A DNA stretch of 64,000 bases from an uncultured Alphaproteobacteria bacterium (GTDB lineage: Bacteria > Pseudomonadota > Alphaproteobacteria > Caulobacterales > Caulobacteraceae), in NCBI GenBank assembly GCA_963828365.1, contig CAWHEE010000031.1, forward strand, positions 4,820-68,819, given 5' to 3'. Of this stretch, positions 41,385 to 51,949 are shown in pieces. Positions within the stretch are counted from its first letter, which is position 1. The number at the start of each line of letters is the position of its first letter. The notes under the pieces are model-generated. The model was not told the origin of the DNA. It saw only the letters and a program-made list of their open reading frames with translations, and did not search any database. Both the position numbers and the translations under genes were made by a program.

Positions 41385-42467
41385 TCACGGGCCGGCAGCC
41401 GGCGCCAAGGAAAGTTCCGGCGCCGTCGTGGCCGCGTCGAAGCTCGACAGAGTGACGCCCACGAGGCGCACGCCTTTGACCGGCGGAAACACCGAACGGA
41501 TCAGGGCGAGGGCCGCCATGTGCAGGCGGGCCCGGCCATCGATCGGGACAGCGAACGTCTGGCTGCGGGTCGACTGCTGGAAGTCGGCCCATTTGATCTT
41601 CACGGTGACGGTCCGCCCGCGCCGGGCGGTCTTCTCGCACCAGGACCAGACGTCGTCGGCCATGGCCAGCACCCCGGCCTCGATCGCGGCGGGGTCGGTG
41701 AGGTCCTCGCTGAAGGTGGTCTCCGAGCCGGAAGATTTGCGTTCACGTCCCGGGTCGACGGCGCGGTGATCCTCGCCCCGGGCGATGGCATGGTACCAGC
41801 CGCCCGCCTTGCCGAAGCGCGCCGTCAGCGCCTCCAGCGACCAGGTCCTGAGATCGGCCCCGGTGTGGATGCCGGCGGCATGCATCCGGGCGGCGGTGGC
41901 CGGCCCGACGCCATGAAATTTCGCCACCGGCAGGGCGGCGACGAAGGCCTCGCCCTGGTCCGGAACGATGGCGAACTGGCCGTCGGGCTTGCGCTGACCC
42001 GAGGCCAGTTTGGCCAGGAACTTGTTGTACGACACTCCGGCCGAGGCGGTCAGCCCGGTCACCCGCAGGATTTCGGCTCGAATCGCCTTGGCTGTCGCCC
42101 AGGCGGTCGGCAGGCCGACGCTATTGGCGGTGACGTCCAGATAGGCCTCGTCGAGGGACAGCGGCTCGATCAGCTCGGTGAATTCCGCGAAGACCGCGTG
42201 CACCTGTCGGGACACCGCCCGATAGACGTCGAACCGCGGCGGCACGAAGATCAGGTCCGGGCAGCGGCGCAGGGCCGTCACCGACGGCAGGGCCGAGCGC
42301 ACGCCGAAGCGGCGCGCCTCGTAACTGGCCGCGGCGACCACCCCGCGGCGCGCCCCGTGGCCGACGGCCACCGGCTTGCCGCGAAGCGCCGGATCATCCC
42401 GCTGCTCGACCGACGCGTAGAAGGCGTCCATGTCGACGTGGATGATCTTACGAACCGTTTCGCCCAT
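41385..42467 (-). CDS. dinB: DNA polymerase IV
   Basis: IIHVDMDAFYASVEQRD, AASYEAR, SLDEAYLD, KFLAKLAS, VRLVGV. Confidence 0.96.
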   Translation of the reverse strand: MGETVRKIIHVDMDAFYASVEQRDDPALRGKPVAVGHGARRGVVAAASYEARRFGVRSALPSVTALRRCPDLIFVPPRFDVYRAVSRQVHAVFAEFTELIEPLSLDEAYLDVTANSVGLPTAWATAKAIRAEILRVTGLTASAGVSYNKFLAKLASGQRKPDGQFAIVPDQGEAFVAALPVAKFHGVGPATAARMHAAGIHTGADLRTWSLEALTARFGKAGGWYHAIARGEDHRAVDPGRERKSSGSETTFSEDLTDPAAIEAGVLAMADDVWSWCEKTARRGRTVTVKIKWADFQQSTRSQTFAVPIDGRARLHMAALALIRSVFPPVKGVRLVGVTLSSFDAATTAPELSLAPAAGP

Positions 42468-42488
42468 GCACCGCATTTAGCACGGCGC

Positions 42489-42503
42489 GAACATAGGGAG
42501 AAC
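42489..42503. promoter_or_regulatory. Alphaproteobacterial LexA (SOS) box
   Basis: GAAC-ATAGGGA-GAAC (GTTC-N7-GTTC on the coding strand) just upstream of dinB. Confidence 0.85.
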
Positions 42504-42535
42504 CGCCACCCGGTGGCCGGTCGCGGCGCGGGGAG

Positions 42536-43579
42536 TCAGGATTGCAGCGGCTCGAACGTGCCCGGAGCGGTGATCACCAGGGTCAGCCCGCTGTCGACCC
42601 AGTCGCGTTCGACCCGGCCGCGCAATTGTCGTTCGATCATCCCGGCGATCATCGCGGTCCCGAAGCCCTTGCTGGGCGCGGCGGGAAATGCCGGTCCGCC
42701 GACCTCCCGCCAACGCAGCTCGAAGCCGCCGTAGGCGGGACCGCCGCGCCAGCGTACATCCACCTTGCCGGCGGGAACCGACAGCGCCCCGTGGACCCTG
42801 GCATTGTCGATGAGTTCATGGAGGACCAGGGAAATCGGCTGAACGGCGATGGCGGCGATCATCAGATCCGGACCGCTCAGGGTAAACCGGTCGGCGATGG
42901 AGCGATCCAATTGCGCCCGGATGATCTGTTCGAGGCCGACCTCCCGCCAGCCGCGCTCGGCGAGTAGCGAGTGCGCCCGGGCCAGGACCTGCACGCGCTC
43001 CTGGATGGCGTTGGCGTATCGCGCCGGTTCGTCGGATCGGCTGAGGCGGACGATGCCGCCCACGACGGCGAGCACGTTCCTGGCCCGATGATCGATTTCC
43101 TTGAGCAGGCGGTGTTCGGACGCCTCGAGGCTCTGAATCTTGCGCAGTTCCGTTATGTCGACCTGGGAACCGAAGACGTAGAGCAGCCGGCCATCGTCGT
43201 CGTGCACCGGACTGAGCCAGAGCTGATTCCAGAACGCCGATCCATCCTTGCGATAATTCAGGATTTCGATGTCGATCTCGCGCTGGTCGCGAAGGGCGGC
43301 GCCGATCGCGGCGATCACGGCCGGCGAGGTGCCCTCGCCCTGCAGGAACCGGCAATTGCGGCCGATCACCTCGTCGGCGGAGTAGCCGGTCAGGTCGAGG
43401 AAGGCGCGGTTGGCCAGCACGATCGGGGTGTCGGGCTGGCGCGGATCGCAGACCACCATCGGCATGCGGGTGCGCTCCACGGCGATGGCCGCGAGCGCGT
43501 TGCGGTCGGCCAGTCCCTGGGCGGACGCGGCCGCCGGCCGATCGCCGCGCAGTGAGGGGGACGGTCTGGCAGGATCCAT
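42536..43579 (-). CDS. LOV-domain HWE histidine kinase (blue-light sensor type)
   Basis: GRNCRFLQ with the photoactive Cys, NYRKDG..FWN, HRARNVL, HEL..NA..HGALS, WREVGGP. Confidence 0.93.
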   Translation of the reverse strand: MDPARPSPSLRGDRPAAASAQGLADRNALAAIAVERTRMPMVVCDPRQPDTPIVLANRAFLDLTGYSADEVIGRNCRFLQGEGTSPAVIAAIGAALRDQREIDIEILNYRKDGSAFWNQLWLSPVHDDDGRLLYVFGSQVDITELRKIQSLEASEHRLLKEIDHRARNVLAVVGGIVRLSRSDEPARYANAIQERVQVLARAHSLLAERGWREVGLEQIIRAQLDRSIADRFTLSGPDLMIAAIAVQPISLVLHELIDNARVHGALSVPAGKVDVRWRGGPAYGGFELRWREVGGPAFPAAPSKGFGTAMIAGMIERQLRGRVERDWVDSGLTLVITAPGTFEPLQS

Positions 43580-43603
43580 GAGCGAGCGACTCCCGGGATT
43601 CGC

Positions 43604-44419
43604 TCATTGCAACGCGGCGAGCGGGCCGCCGGTTCGCTGGGGCGCGGCATTCCGAAGCTCGATCCAGGCCGGCGCGTGATCGCTGGCGCCGGCTTCGCCC
43701 CTGACGGCGCGGTCGACGCCGCCGGCGGCCAGCCGGAGTGCGAGATCGGGACTGAGCAACAGGTGGTCGAGCCGCATGCCCTTGTCATTGGGCCAGCGGT
43801 GGCGGAGATACCCCCAGAAGGTCCAGAGCGGCCCCTCTGGCTGCAGGCTTCGCAACGCGTCGGTCCAGCCGAGATCGACCAGCCGCCGCCACGCCGCCCG
43901 GGTCCGCGGCTGCAACAGGGCGTTGGCCTGTTCGTGATGGCCTGGCCAGATGTCCGCCTCGGTGGCCACGACGTTGAAATCACCGGCCAGCACCACCGGA
44001 ACGCTCGCCGCCAGCAAGGTCGCGGCATGGTCGGTCAGTCGCTCGAACCAGGCGAGCTTGTAGTCGAACTTGGGTCCGGGCTGGGGATTGCCGTTGGGCA
44101 GGTAGATCGAGGCGATCAGCACGCCGTCGACGGCGGCCTCGATGTAGCGGGCCTGCGGGTCGCCGGCATCGCCCGGCAGCGAGCGCCGGGTGAGCACCGG
44201 CCGGGCGCCACGCGCCAGGATCGCCACGCCGTTCCAGCGGCGCTCGCCGCGCCAGACCGCGCCATAGCCGGCCGCCTCGAGCGCCTTCGCCGGGAAGCCG
44301 CTCTCCTCGGCCTTCAGTTCCTGCAGACAGACCACGTCGGGCCGCGCCGCGGCCAGCCAGGCGAGGAGGTTCGGCAGGCGTTTGTTGATGTCGTTGACGT
44401 TGAACGTGGCGATCTTCAC
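43604..44419 (-). CDS. xth: Exodeoxyribonuclease III
   Basis: MKIATFNVN, CLQELK, YLPNGNP, AGDFN, RLDHLL, SDHAP. Confidence 0.95.
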   Translation of the reverse strand: MKIATFNVNDINKRLPNLLAWLAAARPDVVCLQELKAEESGFPAKALEAAGYGAVWRGERRWNGVAILARGARPVLTRRSLPGDAGDPQARYIEAAVDGVLIASIYLPNGNPQPGPKFDYKLAWFERLTDHAATLLAASVPVVLAGDFNVVATEADIWPGHHEQANALLQPRTRAAWRRLVDLGWTDALRSLQPEGPLWTFWGYLRHRWPNDKGMRLDHLLLSPDLALRLAAGGVDRAVRGEAGASDHAPAWIELRNAAPQRTGGPLAALQ

Positions 44420-44451
44420 GAGCGGGCGCGGATCATTCGGCGCGGCTCGCC

Positions 44452-47074
44452 TCAGACCTTGCCGAGCCGCTCAATGGCGTCGGCCAGCGGCCGCTCGGCG
44501 TCGGCGTAATCGGACCAGGCGGCCAACTTGTCGACCAGCGCTGGAACCGTCCGGATCGTGTAGCGGGCCGGATCGAGCCCCTTGCGCACCTGCGTCCACT
44601 GCAGGGGCATGGACACCGGCGCGCCCGGCCGGCCACGCGGCGACAGCGGCGCGACGGCCGTGGCCATGCGGTCGTTGCGCAGATAGTCGAGGAAGATGCG
44701 CCCGGTCCGTTGCGCCTTGGCCATGGTGATCAGGAACCGGTCGGGCGCATCGGCCGCCATGGCCTTGCAGACATTCATCGCGAAGCTCTTGGCCGCCGGC
44801 CAGTCGATCCCCTCGGCCAGCAGCGGGGTCACCACGTGCAGTCCCTTGCCGCCGGTGGTCTTGCAGAATCCCACCAGCCCGAGCGCGTCGAGCCGGTCGC
44901 GGACCTCGCGGGCGGCGGTGACCACCGCGTCGAACGCCACGTCCGGGGCCGGATCGAGGTCGAACACCAGGCGACCGGGCTGCTCCGGCTTGAACGGCTC
45001 GCAGTTCCAGGGGTGCAGTTCCAGCGCCCCGACCTGGGCGGCGGCGATCAGCGCCTCGACGCGATCGAATTGCAGATAGGGCTTGCGATCGCCCCACACG
45101 GTCACCTGGTCGATCAGGCTGGACTGACCCTTGCCGGTATGGCGCTGGAAGAACCTCTCTTCGCCGGTGATGCCGTCGGGAAAGCGGATGATCGAGCAGG
45201 GCCGGCCGCGGATGTGCCGGATCATCCACTCGCCGACCGCCTCGTAATAATGCGCCAGGTCGAGCTTGGTCACCGGGCGGCCGTCGGCGGCATCCGGCCA
45301 CATCGCCTTGTCGGCGTGGGACAGGGTGACATCCATGACCACCGCCGAGCCGCCGGCCCGCACCGTGGCCGGGCGGACCGCCGGCCCGGCCGCCGCCGGG
45401 GCCGGCGCCTTCAGCCGCGTGGCGGCCGGCGCGGGCTCGACCGTTCCGACATCTCGCGCCGGCTTGTCCTCGCGCAGGGCCTTGAAGGCCGCCTGCCGCA
45501 ACAGGCCGTCGGCGGTGAAGCCTTCATATTCGATTTCGGCCACCAGTTCGGGGCGCACCCAGTGCACCTCGCCGGTCTTGCGGGGCGAACCCTTGCCGCT
45601 GAACGGGCTCTTATCCGTCTCCAGCGCCTGCAGCCTCGGCAGCAGGCGAGCGACCTTGTCGCGGCTAAATCCGGTGCCGACCCGGCCGACCTGCACCAGC
45701 CCGCCGTCCCGGTTGACGCCGGCGATCAGCGAGCGGAAGGCGCCCTTGGTGGTGGTATAGCCGCCGATCACCACCTCGTGACCGGCGCGGCATTTGGACT
45801 TGGTCCACGAGTTCGGCCCGGCCGGACTGATAGGGCGCGTCCAGCCGCTTGGAGACGATGCCTTCCAGGTGCATGCGACAGGCCGACAGCAGCACCGCGT
45901 CGCCGCCGGTGACGAAATGGTCGACAAAGCGGATATCGGCCGGCGCGTCGGCCAGGGCGCTGCGCAGGCGCGCCTTCCGTTCGGACAGCGGGAAGCGGAC
46001 GCAGATCCTCCAGTCCATCGAACAATTGGTCGAACACGAAGAACACCAGCTCGCCGGTGCGTCCGTCGGCGACGGCCGCCTGCAAGGCGGCGAAATCCGG
46101 CGCGCCGCTCGCGTCCAGAGCGCGACCACCTCGCCGTCGTAGACGCCCTGGCGCAGGCCGCGGCCCGCCTTGACGATTTCGGGATAGCGATCCGACCAGT
46201 CCAGTCCCTTGCGGGTCTTCAGGCTCGCCCGGCCATCCTGGACCCGCAGCTGCATGCGATAGCCGTCGAACTTGACCTCGTGGACCCACTCGGAGCCGAC
46301 CGGCGGCTTGTCCACGGACCTGGTCAACTGCGGCTCGATGAATTCGGGCAGGGCGGCGGCGGTCCTGGCCGCCGGCGGCGGCTCGGCCGGCTCGCCCTGG
46401 CCGGCCGGCGCGGCATCGGCGCGGTTGCTCCGCCAGACCGCCCCGGGCGCGGCGCCGGCCAGGGTCATGAACGGAGTCGCCGCCGCCCCCTCGCCCGCGG
46501 CGATCTGCGCCATGGTTCTGTCCGAGGCGATCGAGTGGTCCCGATCGCTAGGGCCGCCGCGATTGCCCGCTACGGCGGCTTCGTCGCGATGCTTGATCAG
46601 GATCCAGCTGGCCCGGCCGCGCGCGTCGCGCCGGGTTCGCACCAGCACCCAGGAGCCGTGCATCCGCTGGCCTTCCATGACGAACTTCAGTTCGCCCTTG
46701 CCCAGGGCGCGGCCGATATTCTCGAAGCCGGGCTGCGGCGCCCAATATCCGCGATCCCACAGCATCACCGTGCCGCCGCCATACTGGCCCTCGGGGATGG
46801 TCCCCTCGAAATCGCCATAGTCCAGGGGGTGGTCCTCGACCTCCATGGCCAGGCGGCGATCGTTCGGGTCGAGCGACGGCCCCTTGGGCACCGCCCAGGA
46901 TTTGAACGTCTCGTCGAATTCCAGCCGCAGGTCGAAATGCAGGTGGCTGGCGGCGTGCTTCTGGATGACGAAGCGCAGCGCCGACGAGGCCACGACCTTG
47001 TCGTTGCCCGACGGCTCGGCCGTCCGGGTGAAATCCCGCTTCTGCTTGTATGTGGCCAGCTTGGTCGCGGTCAT
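44452..47074 (-). CDS. ligD: NHEJ DNA ligase D (phosphoesterase, ligase and polymerase domains; indels at about 46120 and 45810)
   Basis: YKQKRDF...HFDLRLE...SWAVPKGP; EVKFDGYR; EGIVSKR; [23 protein letters not shown]. Confidence 0.95.
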
Positions 47075-47102
47075 GATCACTCCGGCTCGGATCACCAGCC
47101 TT

Positions 47103-47127
47103 AACGAACCGCGCGGATACACGATCC
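47103..47127 (-). promoter_or_regulatory. Putative sigmaT/EcfG promoter for ligD
   Basis: GGATC-N16-CGTT (one mismatch to consensus), about 30 nt upstream of the ATG. Confidence 0.5.
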
Positions 47128-47155
47128 CGCGGGCGAGGCCCGGCCTCTCGCGAAT

Positions 47156-47569
47156 TCAGTCTCTGCTCGGAGCGCCGATCACCGGTCCGCCGCCGACCCG
47201 GGCGGACAACAAGCGCGTCAACATCGCGCGGTCGAAAGGCTTTTCGTGACGCGGAACCTGTTTGTAGGCATCCGGCACGGCCGGGCAGTCGTAGCCGGTC
47301 ACGAACAGGAACGGCACCCCGTTCGCCAGCAGCCGGTCGGCGACGGGGAAGACCTGCCCCCCGCCGAGGTTAATGTCGAGAACCGCGCCGTCCAGAGGGA
47401 GATGCTGGCGGTCGATCAGGTCAAGCGCGTCGGCCACCGATCCGGCCGGCCCGATCACTTCCACTCCGAGATCCGCGAGCCAATCGGCCAGGTCGGCGGC
47501 GACCACATATTCGTCCTCGACGACCAGCAGACGGCGGCCCTCCAGGACGTCACGAGCCGGATCAGACAT
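47156..47569 (-). CDS. Single-domain response regulator
   Basis: LLVVEDE, AVLDINL, FVTGYD, EKP. Confidence 0.92.
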   Translation of the reverse strand: MSDPARDVLEGRRLLVVEDEYVVAADLADWLADLGVEVIGPAGSVADALDLIDRQHLPLDGAVLDINLGGGQVFPVADRLLANGVPFLFVTGYDCPAVPDAYKQVPRHEKPFDRAMLTRLLSARVGGGPVIGAPSRD

Positions 47570-48959
47570 CGGCCGAATGCTCGCTTCGCAGAGGCACATC
47601 GATCAGGCAGCGAACGCCGTCGTCGGTGAACTCGAGCCGGGTCCTGGCCCGCAGCTGGTAGGGCAGGGCCCGTTCGATCAACTCGGTTCCATAGCCTCTC
47701 CGACGTGGGGTCCCGTCGCGAGCCGTCGGCACGCCCGTCTCCCGCCATTCCAGGGAGACTTCCGGGCCTTTCCCGTGGTTCCCGACAGCCCAGTTGACGG
47801 TCAGCCGTCCGTTCGGCCGAGCCAGAGCCCCATACTTGAACGCATTGGTGGCCAGTTCGTGGATACCCAACACGAAAGCCTGAGCCGACGCGGCCGGAAG
47901 GGCGACATGCGGCCCTCGCAACTCGACGCGGCCGGACTCCAAGGCTTCGCCGGCATAGGCGCCGAGCTCCAACTCGACGAGCGAGCGAAGGTCGAGATCG
48001 CGCTGACCTGGGCGCCCCAGCAGGCTCTGGACCCGGCCGATGGCGCGCAGCCTGCCCTCGAACTCCACGCCGAACTCCCGCAGGGAGGGACTTTTCCGCA
48101 GGGTCTGGCTGGCGATCGACTGGACGACGGCCAGCAGGTTGCGCGTCCGGTGTTGCAGTTCGGCCATCAGCATCTGCTGCCGGCCCTGCAGTCCGCGCAG
48201 GTCGTGGATGTCGGTCATCGTGCCGACCCAGTCGCTGTTCGGGTCCCCGGACTCGATCGGTCTGGCCCGGGTCTGGTGCCAACGATATTCGCCGTCGACG
48301 CGGCGCCACACACGGTGTTCGACATAATAGGCGCCACTCGTCGCCGAGTCGCGCCAGGCCGCCAGGGTCGCCTCGCGATCGTCGGGGTGGATCGCGTCGA
48401 GCCACCCGACGCCCAGGCTCGCATCGAACCCCAGACCGGTGAAATCGATCCATTGCGGGCTTGGCCAGGTGCGGTGGCCGTCGGACCGGGTGCGGAACAC
48501 CAGCTGCGGAATGCTGGTCGCCAGGACACGGAAACGTTCTTCGTTCTCGCGAAGCCGCTGTTCGGCGGCGTGCTTTTCGGTGAGGTCGCGCGCGATCTTC
48601 ACGAACCCGGCGCCGTTGCGCAGCGGCATCAGCAGACCCGACGCCCAGAAGCGCGAGCCGTCGTTGCGAACGTGCCACCGTTCGTCGAGCGCCCGCCCGT
48701 TCGCCACGGCCATGGATCTCTCGCGCTGCGGCTCGTCCCGCTGGCGGTCTTCCGGCGTGAACAGGACGTCGGCCGACAGTCCGACGATTGCCCGGCTCGA
48801 ATAGCCGAACAGGCGTTCGGCGCCGATGTTCCAACTCGTCGTGGCGCCGGCCTCGTCGACGGTGAAGATCGCGAAATCCGTCGTGCTTTCGATGATCAGC
48901 CCGAACAGCTCGGAATCCGTGGGCGGACTGGCGCCGGTCGCTTTCACGGGCTCGTTCAC
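47562..48959 (-). CDS. PAS-PAS HWE histidine kinase
   Basis: Two PAS domains; ELQHRTRNLL, HELATNAFKYGAL, WRETG, GYGTELIE. Confidence 0.93.
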   Translation of the reverse strand: MNEPVKATGASPPTDSELFGLIIESTTDFAIFTVDEAGATTSWNIGAERLFGYSSRAIVGLSADVLFTPEDRQRDEPQRERSMAVANGRALDERWHVRNDGSRFWASGLLMPLRNGAGFVKIARDLTEKHAAEQRLRENEERFRVLATSIPQLVFRTRSDGHRTWPSPQWIDFTGLGFDASLGVGWLDAIHPDDREATLAAWRDSATSGAYYVEHRVWRRVDGEYRWHQTRARPIESGDPNSDWVGTMTDIHDLRGLQGRQQMLMAELQHRTRNLLAVVQSIASQTLRKSPSLREFGVEFEGRLRAIGRVQSLLGRPGQRDLDLRSLVELELGAYAGEALESGRVELRGPHVALPAASAQAFVLGIHELATNAFKYGALARPNGRLTVNWAVGNHGKGPEVSLEWRETGVPTARDGTPRRRGYGTELIERALPYQLRARTRLEFTDDGVRCLIDVPLRSEHSADV

Positions 48960-49025
48960 CGGTTCATCCCCTTGCCGCCGCGGTCCGCTGGACCCGGGCG
49001 CAAGCCCGGGTCGCTGGGGTCCTTG

Positions 49026-49208
49026 TCAGTCGTTCTTGTGACTCTGGCGGCCCGCCTCGGCGTGTTGTTGCGAAGAACCGCCCCGCGTCTTTTCCGAGCC
49101 CGCGGAATCTTTCGAAACGTGATCGTTCTTGTGGCTCTGCTTGCCGGCTTCCGCGTGTTGTTGCGAGGTCCCGCCGCGGGTCGACCCGGACTTTGATTGA
49201 TCGGCCAT
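49026..49208 (-). CDS. Small KGG-like general stress protein
   Basis: Two copies of TRGG(T/S)SQQHAEAG(K/R)QSHKND; GGAG SD. Confidence 0.85.
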   Translation of the reverse strand: MADQSKSGSTRGGTSQQHAEAGKQSHKNDHVSKDSAGSEKTRGGSSQQHAEAGRQSHKND

Positions 49209-49390
49209 TACTCATACTCCATACAGGTGGCCACCTGGCCACTTTGAGCCAATCCGAGCCGCCGAAGCGGCGTTCCGGCTGGTGATCGAATTCACGAAAA
49301 TGTGATTTGGCGTTCCGCGGTCGGCGATCTCGAAACGCGGTCCACACGCTTGGATGGACTGACGACGCGCCGGGGATCGAGTGGCGCCGT

Positions 49391-51775
49391 TCATGCGGTC
49401 ACGTTGGAAACCTCCGACCGCTTGACCAGCTCGAGATGCGGGGCGACGCCGCCCGCGATGCGCCGAAAGGTGGCCAGCGCCTGCCCGACGACCTGGTCCA
49501 TGTTGTAGTAGCGATAGGTCGCCAGCCGACCGACGAAATGCACGTCGCGCAGTTTTCTGGCGAGGGCTTCGTACCTCTTGTACAATTCCTGATTTTCCGC
49601 CCGTGGCACTGGATAGTAGGGCGCCCCGTGATCGGTCGGATACTCATAGGCGATGCTGGTCGACGCATGCTCCTGGCCGGTCAGATGCTTGAACTCGGTG
49701 ATTCTGGTGAACGGTATCCATTCGGCGGGGAAATTCACCGTCCCCACCGGCTGGAACCATGGCCGATCAAGCGTCTCCCGGCGGAACTGAAGGCTTCTGT
49801 ACGGGAGCTGACCATATCGATAGGAAAAATACTCGTCTATGCGTCCGGTATAAATCAGTCTGTCATAAGCCAATTCGCCGGAAACATCTTTGAACTCAGT
49901 CCCCAGCGCGATGTCTATGTTCTCGTGATCCAGCATTTTTTCAAACATCGCCGTATAGCCGGCGAGCGGCATATATTGATATTGATCGGTGAAATACCGG
50001 TCGTCGTCGTTGACGCGGGCGGGCACGCGCGCGGTCACCGACTTGTCGAGCATGGAGGGATCCAGGCCCCATTGCTTGCGGGTATAGCCGCGGAAGAAGG
50101 TTTCGTAGAGTTCCCGTCCGACCTGCGACACCACCGCGTCCTCGGCGGTGCACACCGGGCGCCCCGCTTCGGCGACACTGGCCAGATAGGCCGCCGCCTC
50201 CTCGTCGGTCGCCAGCCGCAGGCCGTAAAGCAGATTGAGCGTGGCGCGATTGATCGGCATCGGCACGAGTTGTTCGCCGACGTTGGCCAGGACCTTGTGC
50301 TCATAGGGCCGCCAGCGCGTGAACCGCGACAGATAGGCGAAGATGTCGGCCGAATTGGTGTGGAAGATGTGCGGCCCGTATTCGTGGATCAGCACCCCGG
50401 CCTCATCGCGGCGGTCGTAGGCGTTGCCAGCGACATGCGGCCGCTTGTCGATGATCAGCACGCGTTTGCCCAGACCGGCCGCGAGCCGTTCGGCCAGCAC
50501 CGAGCCGGCGAATCCGGCCCCCACGATCAGGTAATCGTAGGTCGGCCGCCGCGCCCGCGCGACGGTCGGGGCGAGAGACCGATGGCGCCCTGTCGTGGCC
50601 GGCCCGCGCTCCATCGCCTTCCTGACCAGACGGAGCATGCCGGCACAGGCGTTCTCCCACGAAAGCCCCGCCAGGGCTTGGTCCGCCTCGTCCAGCCAGT
50701 CGCGGCCCAGTTGCATTGCCTGTTCGCAGGACGTCACGAATTCGCTCGGCGAGCGGGCGATCGACACGCCCGCCAGATCGCCATAGTGGCGCTCGACGTC
50801 GCGTATCGCCGTCGAGACCACCGGCCGGCCGCCGGCCAGATATTCCGGTGTCTTGGTCGGACTGATGAATCTGGTCGAATCGTTGATGGCGAACGGCATC
50901 AGCGCGACGTCCCATCCGCTCAGATAGGCGGGCAGATCCGCGTACGGCTTGATTCCGAGATAGAAGATATTGGACCGGCGCGGCAGCGACGACGGGTCGA
51001 TCTTGACCACCGGGCCGACCAGCACCACGCTCCAATCGGGATGGGCGTCGGCGAGGCGAGCCACCAGATCCAGGTCCAGCCGCTCGTCGATTACCCCGAA
51101 ATAGCCGAGGCGCGGGCGCGGCAGGCAGCCTTGGTCGCCCGGCTCCTCCAACCCCCGGCGCGCGGCCGCGAAGTGGGCGCGATCGACACTGGAGGGGAAT
51201 GGATGGATGTTTTCATGTAGCCGACGCTTGGCCTCGAACAGACTGTATCCTCCGGTGAACACCACGTCCGCCACGGAAAACAGCTCGATCTCCAGGCTCT
51301 TGAGTTCAGGCGGCGCAAATTTAAAATTGGAAAGCTCGTCCATGCAATCGTATACTGTACACATTGCATTGACTGATCGAGAAAATGGCAGCATCATCGG
51401 AGTATAATACCATTTTACTGCAACTTCTTCGCCTGATGGGCTTATCGACCGAAGAAGCTGCTCCAGCAGGACGGTGCGATCAGCATCGTGCAGAGCAGGC
51501 GGCAGATGCGGCGTGACCACGCGAATGGCGCCGCCGTCCAACGCGCGATCGACCAGCTCCGCGCGGCCGGTAGCCGACAGCACCGGCTCTTCCCAGAACA
51601 CGATATCAAAGGTCGCCGCCAATTGTTTCATGACGTGCTGCGGCCTCTGCAAAACAAACTCCCAGCGTAAATGAGAAAAGCAGATTAACCTCGGCTTATT
51701 TCCAGAGCCTGTATTATATCCGTGGATTGGAACAACAGCCCCTCCGCAACCATCAGACTCATTCCGAAACACCAT
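49391..51775 (-). CDS. glf: Glycosyltransferase fused to UDP-galactopyranose mutase
   Basis: N-terminal CFSHLRWEFVLQRPQH, YDCMDEL, SPTKTPEYLA; C-terminal IVGAGFAG, HEYGPHIFHTN, GRLATYRYYNMDQ. Confidence 0.92.
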   Translation of the reverse strand: MVFRNESDGCGGAVVPIHGYNTGSGNKPRLICFSHLRWEFVLQRPQHVMKQLAATFDIVFWEEPVLSATGRAELVDRALDGGAIRVVTPHLPPALHDADRTVLLEQLLRSISPSGEEVAVKWYYTPMMLPFSRSVNAMCTVYDCMDELSNFKFAPPELKSLEIELFSVADVVFTGGYSLFEAKRRLHENIHPFPSSVDRAHFAAARRGLEEPGDQGCLPRPRLGYFGVIDERLDLDLVARLADAHPDWSVVLVGPVVKIDPSSLPRRSNIFYLGIKPYADLPAYLSGWDVALMPFAINDSTRFISPTKTPEYLAGGRPVVSTAIRDVERHYGDLAGVSIARSPSEFVTSCEQAMQLGRDWLDEADQALAGLSWENACAGMLRLVRKAMERGPATTGRHRSLAPTVARARRPTYDYLIVGAGFAGSVLAERLAAGLGKRVLIIDKRPHVAGNAYDRRDEAGVLIHEYGPHIFHTNSADIFAYLSRFTRWRPYEHKVLANVGEQLVPMPINRATLNLLYGLRLATDEEAAAYLASVAEAGRPVCTAEDAVVSQVGRELYETFFRGYTRKQWGLDPSMLDKSVTARVPARVNDDDRYFTDQYQYMPLAGYTAMFEKMLDHENIDIALGTEFKDVSGELAYDRLIYTGRIDEYFSYRYGQLPYRSLQFRRETLDRPWFQPVGTVNFPAEWIPFTRITEFKHLTGQEHASTSIAYEYPTDHGAPYYPVPRAENQELYKRYEALARKLRDVHFVGRLATYRYYNMDQVVGQALATFRRIAGGVAPHLELVKRSEVSNVTA

Positions 51776-51808
51776 CTTACTCTCCCAGGTAACAGCCCCG
51801 GAGGGGTC

Positions 51809-51833
51809 AACGAAAAGTGACACCTGCGGTTCC
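51809..51833 (-). promoter_or_regulatory. sigmaT/EcfG promoter for the GT-glf gene
   Basis: Perfect GGAAC-N16-CGTT. Confidence 0.75.
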
Positions 51834-51853
51834 AAATCCGTCACGAATACAAA

Positions 51854-51869
51854 TGTCTGATTCCCGACA
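51854..51869. promoter_or_regulatory. Putative Crp-family operator, site 2
   Basis: TGTCTG-ATTC-CCGACA, centred between divergent genes (79 and 81 nt from the two starts). Confidence 0.6.
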
Positions 51870-51902
51870 CGCCGCGATTACAATGACCCTGCAAGCAAAT
51901 TC

Positions 51903-51928
51903 GGAACCGCGATCCGATGCTCGGAGTT
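51903..51928 (+). promoter_or_regulatory. Putative sigmaT/EcfG promoter for the GH1-RmlD gene
   Basis: GGAAC-N17-AGTT. Confidence 0.55.
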
Positions 51929-51949
51929 CGGGTGGCGGGAGGATCCGCA

